18,360 nucleotides of DNA from contig CAXIUT010000061.1 of assembly GCA_964035545.1 (NCBI GenBank), forward strand, positions 1 to 18,360, written 5' to 3'. Positions 10,810 to 18,360 of the stretch are shown in pieces. The position numbers and the translations under genes are program-made. The stretch comes from Bugula neritina. Lineage: Eukaryota; Animalia; Bryozoa. Numbering within the stretch: position 1 is the first letter of the stretch; each line of letters opens with the position of its first letter. Below the pieces are notes generated by a model. It was given only the letters and a program-made list of their open reading frames with translations, was not told the origin of the DNA and searched no databases.

Positions 10810-12840
10810 ATGAAAGGTGACAACTCTGCTCATAATCGAATCGTTCCAGTTAAATCTTTAATCTAAAATTTAAAACAAAACAAAAGACAGTATATTCAGT
10901 TCATAGCCAAAGATGCTCTTAACGTTTCTGGATAAATACACATGACACCCAGAGGTATCACTCATCACTCACATTCTGTCAATATTTCTAATACTATTCA
11001 ATAAAGAAACAGAAATCCTGAAAATTTTTCAAGTGAAGAAAAAACTAGAGGATTATCTATTGATCCTCATTTAGGCTTCAATGATATAAGATTAGATTAA
11101 ATTAAACATGAAATTGGACCTAGAAGCTATCGTCTTAGGGAATAGCTCTACAATCCTCCAAAAATTGACAGACACTTTAGATAAGAATCAAAACCTACTA
11201 GCAAATTAAATAATTTTATGTCTGATATGAACAAAAAATAATCTTCGGCTGATTTTTGTTCGAAAAAATCTGATGCAAGTGAGTCTGAAGAAAAAACTAG
11301 CTTTATGAATATTATAAGTGATAGAAGAGAATCCTTTAAATCAATGAGTTTAAATAGAGATTCCTTTTAATTCTAAAAAGATCCTTCTCAAAAATCAGAT
11401 AAATTATCAGGAAAATTTTAAGATGAAACTTGGAATGTTTCTAAATTTGAAAGAGCACTAAACTCATAGAGATAATCTCAGCCAATATACAAAAATGAGT
11501 TAACAAAAATAAAAACGCAACTTTTTCAAAAAGAAGCCAGCTTATTCGAATATTCCCAGAAATTATAAGAAAGATAGAACACTATTAAAGATCTTACGAT
11601 TCGACTTTAATTGGTAAATAATCTTAATAGAAATTTAAAAAATCAAATATCAAAAGAAGACCATGTTTTATTCGATGAAGAAAAGAAAAGGATGTAATCA
11701 TAAATAGAAAAACTATCAAAAACAGTAAGTATACTAACAAATTAATTAAATAAAAAGAAAAATCAAGATGATAAATAAGATGATGATCTTTCAACTAATA
11801 AAAAAATAATCCATCTCAAACTAAAGCAATATGAATTAGATTAAAGATAGAAAACTCAGTATATTATTGAATTAAAGGAAAAAGAGAAGAAATCTATTGA
11901 AAATTACTAAAAGATTTTAAATGGGCAAAAATAATTAATGAGACAAAAGGAATAACAAATTAATAAAATCAGTGAGGCAGCACATTTTTATAAGGAAGAA
12001 GTTTCAAAGAATATAAAAGAAATCTAAAGATTAAAAATAAAGTTTGGATAGTAAATTTAAGTCAAAAAAGAAATTATAGTATAGTTATCAGGATAACTTG
12101 GCGATATGAAAGGTTGTTTTAACGAATTACAAGCAAGAATGAGATAAATGATGTAAAATGAGGAAGAATTAAAGAAGGAACTTTAGATAAATAAATAAGC
12201 TGATAAATCTGACGATAAGTTTAATATTTTACAGATAAAGATCGAATTATAAAAAAAGAATCAATAGATATTAATTCTTCAGGAATAAAATAAAGAGTTA
12301 TTCAATAAAATAAGATAAGGATAAACAAAATAAAAATATAAAAACCAACAAATGTAAGAATTAAAAAGTAATTTCTCAACAAAATAATTCTAACTATCAA
12401 TTATTTCAAGAACATGCTAAGAGTATCAAAGAAAGATAGAATAGTATCATAAATATTCAGAATAAATGAGAAAATAAATAGAAATATACAAAATATCAGA
12501 GAAATAGATAAAGAGAACTAACGAAAAAGATCAATAGAAAAATATATTAAAGTCTAAGTGCGGATAAATACACGAAAAATCTAAATAAGTATCAAAAAAG
12601 AGCTTTAGTCCTCTTAAGTAAGGTACATTAGATGAAAAAGAGTTTCATAAATTAAAACACATAAATGCGAAATTACTAAAAGATAATTAAAAATTGAATT
12701 CAAAAGTGAAAAGCTTAGATGCAAAAATATATCAATTTTACAAAATGAATCAAGGTTTGAATGAAGAGATAGTAAATGGACAACTTGAAAATATTAATTC
12801 ACGTATTTCTTTGAAATTAGATATTCTGAGTGATTTCTGA
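10810..12840 (+). CDS. Long coiled-coil protein, 676 aa, intronless
   Basis: 2031-nt TGA-free frame (MKGDNSAHNRIVPVKSLIE...LKLDILSDF); Ser-rich N-terminal third followed by E/K-rich heptads. Confidence 0.88.
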
Positions 12841-12985
12841 TTCTATTTTTATTTTTAATCTTTATCATTTTAATGATCATTCAAATATATATATTAATTA
12901 GTGATTTTGTTGAAAGAATGTTCTAGAGTTATAAAAATGATTTCAAATTTTAAATACTCTCAATATAATTTGATTCACACAAATA

Positions 12986-13941
12986 ATGGCAGAATAAACA
13001 AAGTTTGACGGTGTTCTTATGACCATGCTTCAGCAAAAAGGAAATATAGATGGCTTTTTCGATGCTGTCTATGGTTTTCTCAGAAGAAATACAGACTTTT
13101 TTGCCAACCAAAAAAAGGCATAAGAGATCATTGTAAACAACTGCAAAGTTAATTTCGAAAAATATAACCATGACACTAAGCAAAAATAGAAATAGGAAGC
13201 TAAAAAGAAGTAAGAAGCCTAAAAAAAGAAAAAACTGAAAGAAGAGAGATAGAAAAAATAAAGATAATAGAAAGAAAAGAAAGCCTCAGAAACAGCTGAA
13301 GCTCAAAATAAAGTTCAGAAAGAAGAGAAGATGGTCCCAGAAGCAAATGGACAAAACGGAGAATCAAAGAAAGAAGATGATAATGAACCAGCACCAAAAG
13401 GTAACGGTGGTAAAACTGAAAAATATATCTGGATACAAACTCTTGAAGTAATTTATTATTTATTTAGAATCTTGAAATGTTTATCTTCTTGGATTCAACT
13501 ATAACTAAAAAGAATCTGAAAGTTACTATTGGCATTGAAAAACTTGCTGTCGTGATCAACGGAGTCGCTTTAATTGACGGAAAATGGAAAGATAAAATCA
13601 ACACAGAATAAACCTACTGGACTATTGAGACTGGATAAGTTGAAGATTACAAGGGCAAATATCTTCACATCAATATCTAGAAATGGAAGAATCAAAATAG
13701 CTGGTGGAGCACTCCTATTCAAGGAGATGTAGAAATAAACACTCAAAAAATCAACCCAGAACCTTCCAAGTTGTCTGATTTGGATGGAGATACTAAATCT
13801 ACTGTCGAAAAGATGATGTTTGATATGAGACAAAAACAACAAGGACTTCCTTCCAGTGATGAATTGCAAAAACAAGATAAGTTGAAAGAGTTTATGAAAG
13901 CTCATCCAGAGATGGACTTCTCTCAGTGCAAATTCAATTGA
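12986..13941 (+). CDS. NUDC: Nuclear migration protein NudC (CS/p23-domain co-chaperone), 311 aa; one 20-nt intron (13448-13467)
   Basis: [89 protein letters not shown] match NudC signatures. Confidence 0.97.
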
Positions 13942-14009
13942 TAGTCTGTCTACCTATAATATCAAAATATAATTAAAGATTAATTATTAATAAATAATTT
14001 ATAATGTTT

Positions 14010-14086
14010 TTGGGGTTGGGGTTGGGGTTGGGGTTGGGGTTGGGGTTGGGGTTGGGGTTGGGGTTGGGGTTGGGGTTGGGGTTGGG
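14010..14086. repeat. Internal telomeric tract (TTGGGG)12 TTGGG; probable right end of the 1-14086 chromosome
   Basis: 77-bp perfect G4T2 array 68 bp after the NudC stop, preceded by very AT-rich subtelomere-like DNA, in right-end orientation. Confidence 0.95.
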
Positions 14087-14613
14087 ACATCTCTATTGTA
14101 AAAATGAATAAATGTTTTTAAATAGTTCTATTGTAAATAAATAGCTGCGTCATGAGTATGCTCCAAAACTAAGTTAAAAATAAATCTTTTGCTAATCTCA
14201 GCTTTTCGGTGAACTAATGTAGCTTATCTACCTTATCCAACAAAGAGAAAATAAGGAGTGTAAAGGCAATCTCAACTGGAAAGATTTCAGTTATTGAACA
14301 CTTAACATCCCAAGAGGCTAGATAAATATAAATAGAAAGCCCTATTCTATTTAAACCTAACAAATAAAAGCAAAAAAGAATGCTAGCAAACACAATGAAT
14401 ACTCTGTCAACAAGTAGCAGTTTGAAAATAGAAGATAATCCCTTTATTAAAACAAAAAAGGCTTTATTAAAAAAACAATCTTCAAAAAAGAGTTGTAAAA
14501 GTGTTAAAATAGTTGAAGAATAAAATAATGAAAATAGTTTAAGAGAAGATGAAGAAATAGTAAGTTTTCGATGGATAAAAGATGATAACAAATCATCTGA
14601 AATCGTCAACTGA
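14087..14613 (+). CDS. Hypothetical S/K/E-rich protein, probably 5'-truncated at the telomere junction (first ATG 14104)
   Basis: Frame is open from the junction: (D)ISIVKMNKCFEIVLLEINSCVMSMLQNEVKNK...DDNKSSEIVN-TGA. Both ends are uncertain. Confidence 0.62.
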
Positions 14614-14853
14614 AGAGGAATTTTTTATTTAGAATTATGTCAATGATTCTATTCTATTATGACAAAACATGTAAAAAAATATTTTTATGAATAAAATAAA
14701 TATATCATTTTATCTGTGCAGTAGAATAAATATATCTCCTATTATCTGGAGATAATTTCTCTTTATGGTTATAAAGTTTGTGTTGTTTTATAAATTATAA
14801 TTTTTTAGAGATGAGTTTTTAAATTGATATGGAATAGCTTATATTTATATTAG

Positions 14854-15231
14854 ATGGGAGCTTAAAGTAACACAGGAGCATCAAACCATAAAGACTTTCA
14901 AATGCAAAAATACATGAATCAAGGACTAAATCAAAATCAGATCATTCAAATCAAGGAAGCTTTCGATTATTGTGAACCTTAAGACGGGCGTATCAAATTA
15001 AGTAAATTGAGAACAGCAACTGAAAACTCTAATGCCAAGAAAAAAATCGAAGATTATATGAGAAATAAAGATTCCATGGATTTTGATGAGTTTTTTATGA
15101 TGTCGAAGGAGTTAGTAAAAGACGAAACAAAGCATAATCCAAATATGATCATCGATACTGATTAAGTAGAAGCTAGCTGTTTCTTTTGTCCATATGCAAT
15201 TGATAAAAAGAAACCAGATAACAAGAATTGA
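14854..15231 (+). CDS. Divergent centrin/spasmin-like EF-hand protein, single lobe, 125 aa
   Basis: FQMQKYMNQGLNQNQIIQIKEAFDY..DGRI..KLRTA...MDFDEFFMM resembles the N-lobe of ciliate infraciliary-lattice centrins (GL...EIKEAFDLFD...IDFDEFL.MM); Ca-binding loops look degenerate. Confidence 0.72.
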
Positions 15232-15436
15232 GACTAAAAATGATTCTAAATGCTGAATTTTAATAACTTTTACTCCTTAAATTTGATAATAATCTATAAA
15301 ACAATGAGTTTTTTAAATAAATATTGCAAATTTTATTTGAAAACCATTTTTATTTGAATAATTCTTAAGTATTTGAAAAAATATTAGAGTTTAATGATAA
15401 TAGTTAGATTATACTATTTAATTCTGCATTAAACAA

Positions 15437-15856
15437 TCATTTATGGAGAACATTTTCAAAGACTTCTGCAGGTAGTTTAACAAGTTGACTTTTAATTTTC
15501 TTACTCCACTTCTTCATGTTTTTGGTATTTTTTATGACTTCAAACTTTCCTGATTTGATCTCATTATAGACTTTTTGTTTCTTTCTTAATTTTCTCACTT
15601 CTCTCAATTATTTTCTTTTAGCTATTTTCTTTTATTTAAACTATCTAAGCTCATTTCTCAGATTTTTCTTTTCCTCTGCTCGTTTCTTTTTTTATTACCA
15701 TGAAATAGAATTACCCTTACTAACAATGTTTTTAGTTTGTATACGATTTCGACCAACTTTCCATCCTCGTTTACTTTTGTTCATTCCAACAGTGTATTTC
15801 GAGTCCTTTGACTTGAGGTCTTCAGGTTATGGAAATTTTTAATATTATGCTTCCAT
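15437..15856 (-). CDS. CGR1: Cgr1/CCDC86-family rRNA-processing protein, 139 aa
   Basis: GMNKSKRGWK, SWEEKKKRAEEKK, NEIKSGKFEVIKNTKNMKKWSKK...LVK follow the family pattern; very Lys-rich. Confidence 0.82.
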
Positions 15857-15982
15857 CAACTTTCAACAATTAATATGATTAATAACTTCTTCTTTGATAG
15901 TTAGATAGAAATTAATTAGATGAATAAATAATGGGATAAAGTGTATTAATAGAGTTTTATTGAAGATATAAATATAACTTAT

Positions 15983-17597
15983 ATGAGTAAAATTCAGGAA
16001 GACGCTAAATCTCAGGGATCTCGTAAAAGCGGAAAATTGCACTCAGCTATTGAGAAAGCTCAGGCTATTCAACAAAGAGAACAACTTAGACAGATGATTA
16101 CTGATAAGTTTATTAAAGACTGTGGAAAAGGAAACAAAAATATTCAGAAGTTGATCGAGTAAGTTGTTTCAGAATATTTTACAAGAGAAAAAATTACTTA
16201 GGAGTCTTTGAGAGTACTTAAAAATAATGTTGTAAAAGCTGTTTAAGACTATAAAAGAGATAATAAGAGTGGTACATTATCATTTTATTCAGAGAAAAGT
16301 AATAAATCTGCTGCATCTAAACAAGATTTCCAGCAAAGAAACTAATAAGAAGTAAGAAGTAAAGGTCCTTCCGAAAAATCTTAGAAGAAAAGTCAAAGAG
16401 GAAATGTTCAACAAGATAAACAATCTTCTCGAAGTGGATATTCTTCTGAAACAAGGTATATTTTCGATAATCTAGTTCTCTTGCATCCAAATCAGTGTAT
16501 CAAGTTGCAGGTGATGATTAAGATGAATGGGCCACTTTAGTTAAATTTGATACAGAACTATTTAAGAAAGAAAAAGAATTGGAAAAAATGAGAGAAGAAG
16601 AATTCAAAAAAAAAATAAAGAAATAGTTGGATAAACAGCTTGAAGAAAAGAAACGAAGAAAATAAGCTGAGAAAGAAGAATCTGGATAATACTTTAAATT
16701 ACAAGTCGATCAATGTCAGCTTTATGATCAAAGATAAAAAGAAAAAAATGATGAATATAAAAGAAAAGTTTATTTGGAAAAAAAAATGAGAGACAAGCAG
16801 GTTAAAGATGAAAATAAAAGAAAAAAATATGAAAAAAAGAAAGATGACGAACTTGACCATTTACTTGTTTAAAAAATCAAATAAGAACTTGTTTAAGAAG
16901 AGCATTAAATGAAAGATAGAAAGATGAAATAATTGAATCGATTCCAATAAATTATGATTGAAAATGAGGAAAATCAAAGAAGATTAAAGGAAGAAGCTGA
17001 GAAATAAAGATTATAAGTAATTTTTAATTTATTTAGGATATTAGGGCTCAAGAAGAATACGGAAGACTTCAGGATGAGTTATAAAGGAAAAGAGATTAAT
17101 AAAAGAAAGAAAGATAAAACAAAATTAAAGCTGTGATGTCTTCTTTTGCTGATTCTGTGATTAAAGATCAAAAATAACAAATTAAAGCTGAAGATGACAA
17201 AATGATGAGACACATTGAAAACCAATTAAGAAAAGAGAAAGAAGAAGATGAAAGAAAAAAGAGAATTGCTGAAGAACAAAAAAGACAGATGAGAGAATAT
17301 CTGGCTAGACAAGTTGAATAAAAAAGACAAAAATAAATTGATGAGAAGAAAATAGATGAGAAACAAGCAGTAGTTTGGAAAGAGGATACAAATGCCTTTA
17401 ATGATAATGAAAAATAAAAGCAGAACTACTTAAAGGATGTCCATAAAAAGCATGAGTAAGTGCTTTTAGCCCAAATGAAAGATAAGGAAGACCATAAAAA
17501 CCGTAAAAAAATGAATACTTTGGAGTTATTGTACAATAAGGCTTTAATGAAACAAGCAGCTGAGGAATCATAGAACGTGAAGAAAGGAAAGGTTTGA
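15983..17597 (+). CDS. Trichohyalin-plectin-homology (TPH)-like helical protein, ~520 aa, probably ciliary/cortical; 20-nt introns 16456-16475 and 17017-17036, possible 21-nt intron 16272-16292
   Basis: Long E/K/R-rich helix with DEWATLVKFDTELF, KELDKQLEEK, REYLARQVEEK, QAVVWKED and terminal MNTLELLYNKALM. The frame requires both 20-nt introns. Confidence 0.85.
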
Positions 17598-17687
17598 TTT
17601 ACCTCTTTGGATATCTATCACTTTCTTTATTAAAAAAATTATTCTGAAGTAATTGAATCTATGAATTGTTTGATGTATTTGATTGAA

Positions 17688-18103
17688 TCACGTAAGTTGA
17701 AGATTAGCAACTTGAGCGCTATCCCAACTGGTATGTTTACTGGATCTTTCAAGAGAAGATAGCTTGCGTAAACATGATTTAAAAACAAATCTTTCTTATT
17801 AGCACTCCCAAAGGAAATTTTTATTTTTTTTAGTAAGAGGACGTAAGTGCATATATTCATTAGGATTAAGATAGATGATATGCTCTGGGTTGTATTCCAT
17901 TGTCTTTCCATCTGTAAGAAGTCGAGGCCACATTGTGGGCCAGCTTGGGTGGTATACTTATTTTTGTGGAACGTTTGCACTGGATCAAGGAAGAGTTACT
18001 CGAAGATACAATCTTCATATTGAAGCATTTCTTTCATACAGGGTGTTGTATCGAAGACTGGCGGAACGGAAGCCGGCACATTACCGAAGTAAAGAAAGGA
18101 CAT
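17688..18103 (-). CDS. Twin-CX9C protein, 131 aa, likely mitochondrial intermembrane space; one 20-nt intron (17980-17999)
   Basis: MSFLYFGNVPASVPPVFDTTP-CMKEMLQYEDC-IFD|ANVP...FLWE-CEEERFVFKSC-LRKL...QVANLQLT; two exact CX9C motifs. Confidence 0.85.
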
Positions 18104-18248
18104 TAAATTATATCAACTTTATAACTGAGAATTGATTGGTAAATGTAAGATTCAATGAGTTACAAATCCCAATAAAATGTAAATAAGAATCTATTTTAAA
18201 GAATTTATGATTGATTCTATGATATTAAATATCTGAAAATAAAATATC

Positions 18249-18360
18249 GGGGTTGGGGTTGGGGTTGGGGTTGGGGTTGGGGTTGGGGTTGGGGTTGGGG
18301 TTGGGGTTGGGGTTGGGGTTGGGGTTGGGGTTGGGGTTGGGGTTGGGGTTGGGGGTTGGG
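18249..18360. repeat. Right macronuclear telomere (GGGGTT)n
   Basis: 112-bp G4T2 array at the contig end, one G5 variant at 18351-18355, ending TTGGG. Confidence 0.98.

Noticed and set aside
8616-12840. Pseudogenes suggested by dense in-frame TAA/TAG
   Set aside because: Frames are TGA-free for 2 kb, and TAR is a sense codon here.
622-13941. Standard ciliate code (TAR=Gln) or split code (TAA=Lys, TAG=Glu)
   Set aside because: Both codons sit at conserved Glu positions (LTEG, VYES, GKESL for TAA; KPEN, HxEK for TAG).
14004-14297. ORF starting at ATG 14004 and reading through the telomere as (Leu-Gly)n
   Set aside because: Out of frame with the longer downstream ORF, and long chance frames are common with only one stop codon; the junction itself is probably artefactual.
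3700-18135. ORF-track entries 3700-3918, 6578-6787, 6806-7087, 7968-8153, 9723-9962, 12950-13183, 13200-13397, 13570-13905, 14214-14609, 17639-17980 and 17875-18135
   Set aside because: Antisense or off-frame shadows of real genes found with TAR=Glu; the F/L/I-rich ones are reverse complements of K/E-rich coding DNA.
18351-18355. G5 variant telomere repeat
   Set aside because: Single homopolymer-length change at the contig edge; indistinguishable from sequencing error.

Overview
AT-rich ciliate macronuclear DNA with (C4A2)n/(G4T2)n telomeres at both ends and a third G4T2 tract at 14010-14086. Conserved positions in RPS27, a CAMK-type kinase, NudC and an ankyrin protein show that TAA and TAG both encode Glu and TGA is the only stop. 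This is the peritrich-type code (NCBI table 30), so the supplied standard-code ORF track is mostly truncated or spurious. Reading by hand with this code gives 19 tightly packed genes. Bases 1-14086 look like a complete ~14-kb, 14-gene minichromosome, and 14087-18360 looks like the end of a second chromosome joined to it. The most striking pattern is a set of tiny, nearly fixed-length introns: 14 of 17 are exactly 20 nt (GTA...AG) with an A six bases from the 3' end. Other signals are a strong TGA-T stop context, the same terminal repeat permutation at all three telomere tracts, and a candidate motif at a fixed distance from the two outer telomeres. All gene models are manual and lack RNA or database confirmation.
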